A DNA stretch of 64,000 bases from the NCBI GenBank assembly GCA_964016885.1, contig OZ024747.1:78120001-78184000 (forward strand). The letters run 5' to 3'. The stretch is from Eledone cirrhosa (Eukaryota). A program made the translations under genes and the position numbers. Position 1 is the first letter of the stretch; the number at the start of each line of letters is the position of its first letter. Shown piece after piece: positions 27,072 through 40,839 of the stretch. The notes under the pieces were generated by a model. That model was not told where the DNA came from, did no database searches, and saw only the letters and a list, made by a program, of their open reading frames with translations.

Positions 27072-27342
27072 ATAAATATATATATATGTATGTATATATA
27101 TATGTATTGATATATATATATATGTGTATGTATATATGTGTATATATATGTATAATATATATATATGTGTATGTATATATTTATACAACTAGCAACTTAA
27201 TCAGAGTACAAAGAATGCTAAATGATGACCTATCAGAAATATTGCTAAAAAAAAAAAATAAAAACAAAAACAAATTAAAAAAAGATTTGGGTTTCTATTC
27301 ATGATACTGTAAAACATTTTTTGTATCCTAATGTGAAAAATT

Positions 27343-27378
<36 letters not shown>

Positions 27379-27868
27379 CCTTCCTTAAAACTTATAACTG
27401 AATAAATCATTATTGCTTAAACACAAACAGAAACAACAACAACCAACACTTTGTCCACTATGCTACTACTATGAAGCTGGATGTCATCCTGAGAACTAGT
27501 TTCAGTTGTGCTTATAAGAAATTCTGGTGAGAAACTTAACTGACCGTTGCAAAAAATGTCCTTATTCTCTTTGAATAAGCTGGGTTTTTTTTTTATTTGT
27601 TCAAAGAAATATACACTAATATGTGAAAAAAATTAAACTCTTTAAAAAAAAAAAAGACATTTATCACAAAAAAAAGGAAAAAAAGAGGATTCCTACAATT
27701 AAATAAATAAAAAAAATAAAAAAATACAAGACGTCAGAAAGAATGTTTCTTACTTTCTTGAAGGTATTAAAAAGTAGTTTTGATGTATGTGTGTGAATTT
27801 TAATTTTTTTGTATTGGTTTTATATTTCATTTTTAATTGGGTGATAAACAGGGTGTATAGTAAGTGGT

Positions 27869-29383
27869 GTAGAACTGGTGAACAGTGTATTGTGAACCAA
27901 ATGTAGAACTACTGGTGAGCAATGTGTAGTGAACCAGATGTAGAACTACTGGTGAACAATGTGTAGTGAACCAGATGTAGAACTACTGGTGAACAATGTG
28001 TAGTGAACCAGATGTAGAACTACTGGTGAACAATGTGTAGTGAACCAGATGTAGAACTACTGGTGAACAATGTGCAGTGAACCAGATGTAGAACTACTGG
28101 TGAACAATGTGTAGTGAACCAGACGTAGAACTACTGGTGAACAGTGTGTAGTGAACCAGATGTAGAACTACTGGTGAACAATGTGCAGTGAACCAGACGT
28201 AGAACTACTGGTGAACAGTGTGTAGTGAACCAGACGTAGAACTACTGGTGAACAGTGTGTAGTGAACCAGATGTAGAACTACTGGTGAACGGTGTGTAGT
28301 GAACCAGATGTAGAACTACTGGTGAACGGTGTGTAGTGAACCAGATGTAGAACTACTGGTGAACGGTGTGTAGTGAACCAGATGTAGAACTACTGGTGAA
28401 CGGTGTGTAGTGAACCAGATGTAGAACTACTGGTGAACGGTGTGTAGTGAACCAGATGTAGAACTACTGGTGAACGGTGTGTAGTGAACCAGATGTAGAA
28501 CTACTGGTGAACGGTGTGTAGTGAACCAGATGTAGAACTACTGGTGAACGGTGTGTAGTGAACCAGATGTAGAACTACTGGTGAACGGTGTGTAGTGAAC
28601 CAGATGTAGAACTACTGGTGAACGGTGTGTAGTGAACCAGACGTAGAACTACTGGTGAACAGTGTGTAGTGAACCAGACGTAGAACTACTGGTGAACAGT
28701 GTGTAGTGAACCAGACGTAGAACTACTGGTGAACAGTGTGTAGTGAACCAGACGTAGAACTACTGGTGAACAGTGTGTAGTGAACCAGACGTAGAACTAC
28801 TGGTGAACAGTGTGTAGTGAACCAGACGTAGAACTACTGGTGAACAGTGTGTAGTGAACCAGACGTAGAACTACTGGTGAACGGTGTGTAGTGAACCAGA
28901 CGTAGAACTACTGGTGAACGGTGTGTAGTGAACCAGACGTAGAACTACTGGTGAACGGTGTGTAGTGAACCAGACGTAGAACTACTGGTGAACGGTGTGT
29001 AGTGAACCAGACGTAGAACTACTGGTGAACCAGATGTAGAACTACTGGTGAACAGTGTGTAGTGAACCAGACGTAGAACTACTGGTGAACCAGATGTAGT
29101 GAACCAGACGTAGAACTACTGGTGAACGGTGTGTAGTGAACCAGATGTAGAACTACTGGTGAACAATGTGCAGTGAACCAGACGTAGAACTACTGGTGAA
29201 CGGTGTGTAGTGAACCAGATGTAGAACTACTGGTGAACAGTGTGTAGTGAACCAGACGTAGAACTACTGGTGAACCAGATGTAGAACTACTGGTGAACAA
29301 TGTGTAGTGAACCAGACGTAGAACTACTGGTGAACAGTGTGTAGTGAACCAGATGTAGAACTACTGGTGAACCAGATGTAGTG
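27869..29383. repeat. 37-bp minisatellite, about 40 copies
   Basis: GTAGAACTACTGGTGAACRRTGTGTAGTGAACCAGAY in tandem. Confidence 0.98.
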
Positions 29384-30832
29384 ACTCGGGTTCGGGTGTT
29401 TGACACAATCGTGAGATGACGAGTTTCCAGCAGTGTATCCTTCAATGAGATACTTTATTTCATGATGCTCCAATCCACAAAGCTGACAAAAATGAGTTGT
29501 ACCTGTTACTGTGTGATGTTGAATCCCTGTGTTTACACTGTTAATTACATGAGCAGGCTGTTCCATTGTTTGAACAATTGGAACCGACAAAGAGAGGGAG
29601 GAATGTAGTTGATGTGGAAGAACTAAGCTTTAACGTATTCGACTAATATAAGTTAATGGGTTGTTCAAATTTAGTGACTTATGTTCTGGGTAAGAGTCTG
29701 GTGACGGAATACATTACCCCTACCAAGGGTACCACATTTTTGAGGGACTCATACTTTTCATTCTCCACCAAAAAAAAAAAAAAAAATTTTTGAGTCTCGT
29801 CACCTGTCCATCTTTCTGATTCTAGATATACTTACCTTTAAAAAGCTGTCGGGTCTCCCTTTCATTTACTGTTTTGTTATACTCAATAAAACTGCCTCAG
29901 TTCAAATTCTATATGAACTCGTATAGGAAGAGAACAAGTTGATATATAATTTTCAGTTTCCCCAAGATAGGAAAAGGTGAAAGTATAAGGATTAAAATAA
30001 GAATAACAATGTTTTGCGGTTCGGTTCAGCTCTCTGCACTCTGAGTTCAAATCTCACTGAGGTTAAGTTTGCCTTTCATCCTTTAGGGGGTCAATAAATA
30101 AGATCTAAAACAATACATGGATCATTTATCCCCCCCCCCTCTCTGTAAAAATCGACTGCGTTTACACCTGGAAAGGGATAGGCTTAAGATTTAAAATGCC
30201 CACATCTCACGATGTCAACCCTACAACTGCATCAACAACGAAGATACAGGCAGGGAGAGCAACATGAGAAGAAACTGGTGCAGTATTTATCAAATTTGAC
30301 AAACATTTGCAAATAATTCCAGAACGGACATCAGTCTATAGACTGAAGATTACAGCCTATAGTTCTTTATGGTTGTCTGTTCTGTGACTGTGGAACATGG
30401 TAATGTACACTATCGTACATAAATCAAGGATCGAATCATCAATGTGGAAATACTGAGAACAGATGGAACTAATGTTTATGTTGAGAATAGGTTAACTCTT
30501 AGTTTCATGTAATTATTTAACAGAAAATATCTAAATATGGGTTTGTCAATTGAAATGTTTATTGTAACCTTATTAGTGGACAGATCATTGTGGAAAATTG
30601 TGATGCGTTCACAGTGCTCACATACTGAGAATAAGGGATGGAAGGGACGCGGGACTGGGAACTTCATGTAGGAGAATGAGCAGAGAGAATTAAGATGTAC
30701 AGATTTCTAAAGATAACGTGTGGTGAGTGGACTGACCTCAAATGGAACTGTGCTTTGTGCAGACGCCGATAACTAGGGAGGGGTATTCAGCTCTTCACAT
30801 CAAATCCGGATCCTTTCCTTAAACAGCTAGAC

Positions 30833-30992
30833 CAGAGGTTCTCAAAGTGGGAGCTACCTCCCAAGGGGGTAGAGCTAATATAATAGTATATTAAATATCA
30901 AATTATAAATATAGTAAAATAAAAAAATATATTTATACATAGTATATGTTTTATTATTTGTTATATATATAAAAAAAGTTTGAGAACCTCTG
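30833..30992. mobile_element. hAT (Charlie-like) MITE, 160 bp
   Basis: 14-bp perfect TIRs CAGAGGTTCTCAAA and TTTGAGAACCTCTG; perfect 8-bp TSD AGCTAGAC. Confidence 0.92.
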
Positions 30993-31882
30993 AGCTAGAC
31001 GCACTGTCGTTCAAGGAGAACAGCTACATATAACAGGTTTGGCTTGTTTTCTTAAAATACTTCATAATTATGAAGAAAACCTCTTAAACACACCATGACT
31101 CGAACACCTCTCCACAATTATGTCTGTCAGAAAACAAGAATTGTTCTGGTATTTGCAGAAATATGACAAAATTCTTCTCATATCAATATTATGTATACAC
31201 TGATTTTGTTTTAAATTAGCAATAACTAGCAGAAAAACCACCCTTCGGATGGTTTTCTGCTAGCATGTGTAGTGTGTATATTGATATTATACGCACGTAT
31301 ATATACATGTAGATATGATACATCAACTAAAATCATAATTGACAATATAAACAGAAATTGAACGAAGACGTCGTTACACTGTCTTATGTAATCAGTAACG
31401 TAACCCATGATACATTAAAAAAAGACGATATATATATAAACTGCATTAGGAGAAAATGAGTATGTTTATTTAAGTGATTGCCCCGGAAGTGTTGACATCT
31501 CTCTCTCTATATATATATATATATATGGTAGTTGAAGTGGTGGCAACGATATACCAGAAGTGCAACTTTGAAAAGAAGTCAATTTTAAATTATTTATTTT
31601 TACGAAATTTAGTAGATAAATTATGTAATAATGAATGAATATATGAACCATTCTGAGTTCAAATCCCACCGAGGTTAACTTTGCCTTTCATCCTTATGGG
31701 GTCGATAAAATAAAGTAACAGTAATACGCTGAGGAACTGCTGGCCTTGTGCCCAAAGTAGAAACAATTATTTATTCAAAGTAATCCAACTTATTTTACTA
31801 ACGGGATAAAAAAAGTAAACCGTACGCAGACCTTCCTTTACACTTTTCTGTGTAACCAGTTGGCATTATCGTTTTGAGAATA

Positions 31883-32069
31883 AGGGGCAGTGTATTGGCA
31901 GTATCGGTAGAGGGTCGGACGCCATGCTTTGACGCATAGTTTCGGCCCTTGCCATTCTGAGTTCAAATGCCGCCGAGGTTAACTTTGCCTTTCATCCTTA
32001 CGGGGTCGATAAAATAAAGTACCAGTAATGCACTAGGTAATTGTTGGCCTTGTGCCAAAATTAGAAACA
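31883..32069 (+). mobile_element. Full-length tRNA-derived SINE with 18-bp TSD
   Basis: A-box-like TGGCAGTATCGG, B-box GAGTTCAAATGC, core GCCTTTCATCCTTACGGGGTCGATAAAATAAAGTACC (resembles the Meta/MESC SINE core from memory). TSD ATTATCGTTTTGAGAATA at 31865-31882 and 32070-32087. Other copies near 2505, 11335, 13560, 30030, 31650, 32350, 32695, 36022, 36238. Confidence 0.88.
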
Positions 32070-34956
32070 ATTATCGTTTTGAGAATATAAACCAAATGTT
32101 TTCAGGAAATGCTTGTTAAATCTAAAACAAAACTTCAACAGAGGAATGTGGTTCGTGCAAGATTAAATCTCACAATGACACTTGCCCAAAATATGGTACC
32201 ATACAAAAATATAAACAAAAGCTTACATTGTTAAAAAATATATAATTGAATAGTAATCCCAAACAAACCAGACTTTATATTTAGCCTGGACTGTATATTA
32301 TTCCCCTGATATCTATATTAGTAGCCATTATTAGAGTTGAGAGTATGGTGGTAGATTAGAAGTATCTGTAGAGCGTCGGACATGATTTGTGGATAGTGTT
32401 ACGGCCCTTGCCATTCTGAGTTCAAATCCCGCCGAGGTTAACTTTGCATTTTATCCTTACGGGGTCGATAAAATAAAGCGCCCACTGGGGTCAATCTAAT
32501 CGACTTGCTCCCTTAACATTGCTGGTCTTCTGCTGAAAATAGGAACAATTCTCAGAGTTGAGGGTAGAGAGTGTTTCCAACATCGTAATAAGTTCCTAGT
32601 GAATTATTTATTAAATAATTTTACAACATGTTTGGTGTTGTATCTGCACATTAAGTTTAAAATATCTGAGCGATTTCCAATGCTTGATCAATTAGGCGGC
32701 GAATTGGCAGAGTCGTTAGCACATCGGATAGAATGCTTGGAAACATTCTTTGAGTTCAAATCCCGCCGATGTCAACTTTGTCTTTCATCCATTTAAGATC
32801 GATAAAAGTACCAGTCTAGTATTGGAGTCGATTCTTTCTCTCTGTGTCTTTCATTACTTTCACTCTCTCTATCCTTCTCTGGAAGAAGTCTGCTGTAATG
32901 GAGAGGAGATAGGCTCCACCAGGTTTAAAGATGCCGTAGAGCACCATATGTCAAAGTGGCGCCCCTACGACTCCCTCAGGAGGTACGGTTCCTTACATAT
33001 GTAAGTAATAATATACTACCTTGAATTACATACGAGAGATTATAATTACTCGATTCAGAAATGTAAAGTTAAAACGAAATGAGAATCAACCATACAAATA
33101 CACCATGAGTGTATGTATATATATAATACACACACACACACATATATAATCCCGTCTGTTACTTTAAAATTTACATACACACCACACATACACATATTTT
33201 CTATATCAACCATGTTGCTACAACAAAAAGTTCGCTTTCCAATCACCAGATCCTGGGTTCTAAGCCTATATTAGTCCCTGTAAATAGTTATTTCGCCAAA
33301 GTTACTCATAAATGCAAGCTGTGTTTTTATTATAGTAATAACGACAGTACCCAATGCTGGTTCCACTTTCAGTATATACAATTTACACGAAAGTATTTAA
33401 TCCTGAATGTCATTTACTCGTACATGCTGAACATTCGTGTAATTATATCCTAGGAATAAATTATTAAAGTATCACTCTTATTTTTAACCACTTCCAGGTG
33501 TCAGTAATCAACAGAAACTATATGGTTTCTCTTATGTAAACCATTAATTTATCAAAACGTAAATTTCTCATTTTGTATAATTGTTCATATATCTAGTAAG
33601 CCTATTATATATGGCATAGTAATTTTGAACTAAAACAATTAAATACATTAAATGCTATTACCGCAATTACTGACGTCTCTGGCTCAGTAATAAAACAATT
33701 TTCTATTTTTTATGCAGAGGACGGGAAGACAAGCTAATACCGGAGTTTGTCCGACTGATTGTACTTTGCATTGGTCGCTGTCGATACCTCAGGCGTCCTC
33801 GGACCCTGGACAGCTGACCTCTGTAAAATCGAATCGATAACAGCCCTAGGTGTAAAGTCTGTCACCCTCTCCCCTTCCCCACTTTCTTTCTTCTTTTGTC
33901 TAGTAATCCTTTCTCCCCTCCCCTCTTTTCCTCTCATTTATGGCATTTATAGTTCTTTCCAATACCTCTTTCTATGTTTAACCTAACTCAAGAAACTGTT
34001 ACATCAACAATTTTCTATTTTATTTAAAAATTTGTATCATTACATTTCAAAGTTCGTGATATTTTACTCCACGTAAATTGAGACAAAGTGATGTCGCAGT
34101 GTTTAATTTGACAACTGTAGAGATGTGAATATGATTTAGAAATTGTGTGTGTGTGTGTGTGTGTGTGATTTAGAGATTGTCTTTGTATGTGAGTGTGTAT
34201 ATATATATATATAATTTAGGAACTGTGTTAGCTTTACCAGTAGTACAATAAATAAGTTCTTATTTACTGTCAACAAGAATGACCAAACTTGATACGATTC
34301 ATATTGAATATAGATTATGAGAAGTTAGGGATTAGTGAATAAAAAGCTTTTATAGAGTTCCCAGTGAGAAATTACTGGTTTGGGATAGAATATTTATATG
34401 TAAGCATACATACATACATATCTATACGTACATACCTACATACATATCTATACATACATGCATACATGGTGGCTGCCAACTCGTTTTCGAGTACGGCCAC
34501 TACTTTATATCCATGTAGGAGAACCCTTACCGATGCGCTGAACGAGTGTGACTTTTTAGTCCAGCCAGCGACTTGAAAACTCTGGTACAAACACTACACC
34601 TGTGACAATTACTGACACATAGTGCTGGGCCCATGGTACCATGTGATGACAAATGCAGAGAGATCTCCAGATATAAAGCAATGCCTGTGCCGTGAAGCTT
34701 TTATAGTGAGCAAAGGCATTGCACAAAGCCAGTCCCACTCTCTTAACCAAGATGATATTTACCAAAAAGAAGAACAAGTCAACATCATTGGATACCATCA
34801 GGGTTGCAGGTGTTATATCAGAGTTTTCCTACATACATGCATACATACATATCTATGCATACGTACCTACATACATGCATACATACATGATGGCTGCCCC
34901 CTCTTTATTGAGCATGGCCATTGCACGATATAACATTATTAGTAATCATTAATTAA

Positions 34957-35336
34957 GTGGATTGGCAGTATCGTTAGAGGGTCGAACGCCATGCTTTGAC
35001 GCATGGAGTTACGGTCCTTGCCATTCTGAGGTCAAATCCCGCCGAGGTTTACTTTGTCTTTCATCCTTACGGGGTCGATAAAATAAAGTACAAGTAATCC
35101 ACTGGATAATTGTTGGCCTTGTGCCAAAAGTAGAAAGAATTAATTAATTGTTTCTACTTTTGGCACAAGGCCAGCAATCATCCCAGTGCATTACTGGTAC
35201 TTTATTTTATCGACCCCGTAAGGATGAAAGACAAAGTAAACCTCGGCGGGATTTGACCTCAGATCGTAAAGGCCCGTAACTCCATGCTGCAAACCATGGC
35301 GTCCGACCCTCTAACGATACTGCCAATCCACCGCCC
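34957..35336. mobile_element. Tail-to-tail inverted pair of full-length SINEs
   Basis: + copy about 34957-35140 and - copy about 35147-35336, joined by AATTAATTAATT. Confidence 0.9.
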
Positions 35337-37658
35337 TTCATTAATTAATTGTTTCTACTTTTGGCACAAGGCCATCAATTATCCCAGTGCATTACTGGTA
35401 CTTCATTAATTAATGCTATCGTGCAATGCCTGAGCGTGAAGATATTTTTTAGAGTGAGGAAAGACTGTGTACTGAGCCAATCCCACTCTCTGAGCGACAG
35501 TAGCTATAACCCGTAAAAAAGAAAAGATCAACATCATCGGTAACTACTGAGCCGCAGGTTTTATATCGGAGTTATCCCAGTTTCCTGAGTTGCCTTCGCC
35601 TAGAAGAATGCCCTGACAAAGGCTAGGGGTCCTTCACTTCCAGTGGTTTAACTACGCGATCGGGTATCCAGCCCAACTATTTCTAACATACATACATACA
35701 TACATACATACATACATGCATACATACATACATATATGTAAGTAGCTAGCTGAGCATTCCACTGACATGGGTACCTATAACGTAATTCTAAGGGAGATTT
35801 AGTGTAACACATTGAGTAATATGGTTGGCTTTTTGAATGCAATTCATCGGACGGGCTTCCAAACACTTTCCGTCTACCAAATTTCACTAACAAGGCATGG
35901 CTCAACCTGAGGCTTTAATAAATAACACATGTCCCTGACGCCAGCAGAACTGGTTTCAAGAATGCCTTATTTTATGCAAACCAGTTTGTCCGATTTACTA
36001 CAGCATTTATTATTACTGATGGACGGTGGATTGACAGTATCGGTAGACGGTCGGACACCATGTTTTACAACATAGAGTTATGGCCATTTACGTTCTGAGA
36101 TCAAATCCCGCTGAGGTTAGCTTTGCCTTTCATCCTTACGGAGTCTATAAAATAAAGTACCTGTCACGCACTGGGGAAGATTTAATCGACTTTCCCCTCC
36201 CCCAAATTGTTGGCCTTGTGCCTAAATCAGAAACCAAGGATTGGCAGTATCGGTAGAGAGTCGGACGCCATGCTTTCCAGCATAGTTACGTCCCTTTACG
36301 GTCTGAGTTCAAATCCCGCCGAGGTCAACTTTGCCTTTCATCCTTACGGGGTCGATAAAATAAAGTACCAGTAATGTACTGAGTAACTGCTGGCCTTGTG
36401 CCAAAAGTAGAAACAATTATTACTAATGAGAGCTCAATGTAAGAATTAAAACTGGTCCAGCTGATTCCTTGATCCTACAATTTACTAATTAGTTAATTGT
36501 TTCTCTCTCTCTCTCGTTTACTAATTCCCTTTTTAAAACTATAATGATCTGATTATTGCCACACCTTTCTTTCGTAATAAACACAAGAGCTACGTTGTTG
36601 TTGTTGTTGCTTTTGGGTCCTGGTCACGCCAGATGCCAGGCACTAGAACATTCTGGCTGGACTCTGTCATTTGCAATAATTTCAAGGTGGAATTTCGGAA
36701 TAAGTATATCGTCGTATTTTTCTTCCCTAAATCTGCGAGAGCACCCTTGAAAAGTAATGGACCGTTCTTGGTCCACATTGCTTAGGAGTGACGACAGTTT
36801 AGGCCAAACAAGTCAAATACAAGGATTCATCGGACATTTTGCAGACCTGTCAACTCTCCCCGTTGTGAAAATGAGTATAGTTTTCATTATGTAAAATCTC
36901 CCCGTTTTGGTGCACTTTTTTTCATGGTACTCCCCTTATGGGTATTTAAAGGTTGGCAGGTATAATTTTGGCTATTTATTCTACAGCTAGTCCTAGAATT
37001 ATTTGAGAAACGGTTACCTGAGGAAACTCCAGAGTAAAAACAACCAAAATTATATCGTATATTTTCACTTTTTACGACCATTTGGCGGCAGTGAAGTATA
37101 TCTGTCATCTGACAAGTCAGCATTTACAACTAATTAGACACATGATATGATATTTACATGTGTAATTATTAATTTCATTAATTCCATATTACAACAATTA
37201 ACATGTCACAAATAATTATTTTAAAAAAGTAAATTACTATTGGAAACATTTTGAAAGGTCTGTTTTAGTATATTATTCGTTCTCCCACACATTTAAAACT
37301 GTACCTAGCCATTTATTATTTCTTACCTCACCCACATAGCAACAACTTGCACCCGTTGACATCCTATTCATACTGCATACAAATGTTTTAGTTTTTTTCT
37401 AACAGGTTATTTAATCCATCGTTAATATATTTATCCCACGATTGGTCCCTTAGTTTCTTCATCCACCCGGAGATTAAACACCCAAATCCATTCACTAAAC
37501 ATCTAAACATGTTTACATGCTTTCTGTTTTTCTTAATTTTTTTTCCCATCAATATTTAACATTTCCCATGTGTTGTTCAGTTTAAATTACATTCACTAAG
37601 ACGACTTTGGGATATATACCGTATATATAAATGTATGTATATATATATATATGTATAA

Positions 37659-37723
<65 letters not shown>

Positions 37724-37965
37724 ATAAATGTATATATATATATATAAATGTATATATATATAAATGTATATATATATATATAAATGTATATATATATATA
37801 AATGTATATATATATGTAGCTCTGTTACCTACACATAACTATTAAGCTCTGTTACCTACATAGAGCACTCTTTTTTCCTGGACTTTTCCGACGGAATTAC
37901 TTCATTCATTCATATATATATATATGTATGTATAAATGTATATATATGTATATATATATATATAA

Positions 37966-38010
<45 letters not shown>

Positions 38011-38059
38011 TAAACAAATAATGAATAAACAATTCCTTATATTAAACAAAAAAAGTTCA

Positions 38060-38205
38060 TTATTTAACGATCGTTTCTAGGATATATATGTGTTAGAGTT
38101 GGCATGCATATTCAACAGATCTATGTACAAAATTATACAAAATTATACAAACTATCAAGATTAAATATACATACCAACACATATATACGCCGTCTTCAGA
38201 AATAA
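38060..38205 (-). ncRNA. Hammerhead ribozyme motif with very long stem II
   Basis: TTATTT CTGAAGA [~115-nt hairpin] GAAA CGATCG TT AAATAA; 6-bp stem I; palindromic stem III AACGATCGTT. Confidence 0.7.
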
Positions 38206-38849
38206 TGAAATATATTTATTGATAATAACAACAATTCAAACTTTCAGGTCCGTTTGGGAACCAAATTGACCAATGAAAATACAAAAGGTTTAATGCAGTT
38301 CGGTGTGTGTATATACATGTAACAAACCTTACACATATTTTACAAAAATGTATGCAGAACCTGTATACGCATACAAAAAGGATGGATGCAAATACAAAAT
38401 TTCAAGGTTAATGTCTCTGTAAGTTTATAATGCACAGATAAGATGCGTATAGATACATAAATATGAAATAAGTGTATACACATATTTTCATACTAACACA
38501 TATCAGTACAATCACACATACACGCGCGCATATGCATAGACATACACATAAACTACGAACATACATCCACACACACATCCCCACTCACATATATATATGT
38601 GGATATAAAATCCTAAGCACATGGATATTAATTCACTCACATAAACACTGGCACACACATTTAGATAAAGATACAGAAATTAGGTGGGAGGGGGGGGGAG
38701 AGGTCAGTATTCAACGGTTTGGGCTGACTGCTTAATATAGATGTATCTATAAGCTAAGAAAATAAAAAATAATAAATAATAAATAAACATTAAAAAGGAA
38801 AGAAAAGAAAAAGAAAAAAGAAAAAAGAAAAAAGAAATATATCAAGAAA

Positions 38850-38890
<41 letters not shown>

Positions 38891-39094
38891 CACACATATA
38901 TATACATATATATATATACATATATATACACATACACACACACACACACATATATATACATACACATATACAAACACATACATACATATACACACATCCA
39001 CACTTAGAACATACATACACACACATATATAAACATATACATATACACACATACATACATATACACACATACATATAAATACACATATATATAT

Positions 39095-39151
<57 letters not shown>

Positions 39152-39474
39152 CACTCATACATACACATATAATCACACATACTATATAGACACACATATA
39201 TATATACACACATACACACACATATACATACACTTACATACATATATACATACAGATATACACATACATACCTATATATACACACAAATACATACAGACA
39301 TATAAACATACATACAGACAAATACTTACGCATCTATATATCGGTATATACATACAAACATCACTACACTCTCACACAACTCAGACATACAAAGAAAAAG
39401 GTATATACCCATACACATATACATATACAAATAGAGAAACATATACATATATATATATATATACACATATATAT

Positions 39475-39525
<51 letters not shown>

Positions 39526-39740
39526 CACACATACACATATACACATACATACACATACATACATGTACACACACATAGATATACATATACACACACATAC
39601 ACACATACACATACATATATAGTCATACACACACATACACCTACACGAACATACACATACACATATACAAAGATATATATACACACACACACACACATAC
39701 ACACACACACATATATATATAAAAAAAAAAAATAAAATAA

Positions 39741-39787
<47 letters not shown>

Positions 39788-40118
39788 CATACACATACAT
39801 ACACACATGCATAGACATATATGTACATACATACATATACATAGATAGATACACACACATACATATATATATATATACACACATAGACATATACATACAT
39901 ACACACACAACATACATACACACATATATACTCATACATAGAATTAGATATATAATCATAGATACATACGCACTTACATATACTCATATATACACATACA
40001 AACGCATCCATATATGCGTATATACATAGAAACACCACTACACCCTCACCCAACTCAGACATACAAAGAAAAAGGCATATACATATACATATATACACGC
40101 ATTAATAGAGATATATAT

Positions 40119-40178
<60 letters not shown>

Positions 40179-40414
40179 ACTTATATACATATACCCACAC
40201 ACACATACAACCATAAATACACATACAAACACCCACATATATATATATATACACATATATATATATATACACACACATAAAAAACAGACATGCACATATA
40301 TATATTTTTTTACACATATATATACACATATATATACATATACACACCCTCACATATACACATACACATAAGTTATATTATAATAATAAATAATATATAT
40401 ATATATACACATAC

Positions 40415-40480
<66 letters not shown>

Positions 40481-40754
40481 GAATATAGACATATATACAC
40501 ACATAGATATATATACATATATACATACACATACATATACACACACACACATATACACATTCACATATATATATATATATGTGTGTGCACACACACATAT
40601 ATATATACATACATACATATACACATAAACACATATATGTGTATACATGCACACACACACATATATCCACATAGATACGAAGATAGACGTATAAATAGAG
40701 AGACATACATATATATACACACACACATATACATACATACATACACACACATAC

Positions 40755-40839
<85 letters not shown>

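Noticed and set aside
27869-29383. 37-bp repeats as a CRISPR array
   Set aside because: Units are contiguous with no unique spacers, there are no cas genes, and the context is eukaryotic.
31883-31975. tRNA gene
   Set aside because: The A/B boxes belong to SINE heads; no full cloverleaf is present.
32865-33006. GC-rich segment ending in GTAAGT as a novel exon
   Set aside because: It is an inverted homologue of 17131-17254, so it is an interspersed repeat.
37010-37048. CTGAGGA...ACTC-CA-GAGT as a hammerhead
   Set aside because: GAAA is missing (AAAAA instead) and there is no NUH triplet or stem III.
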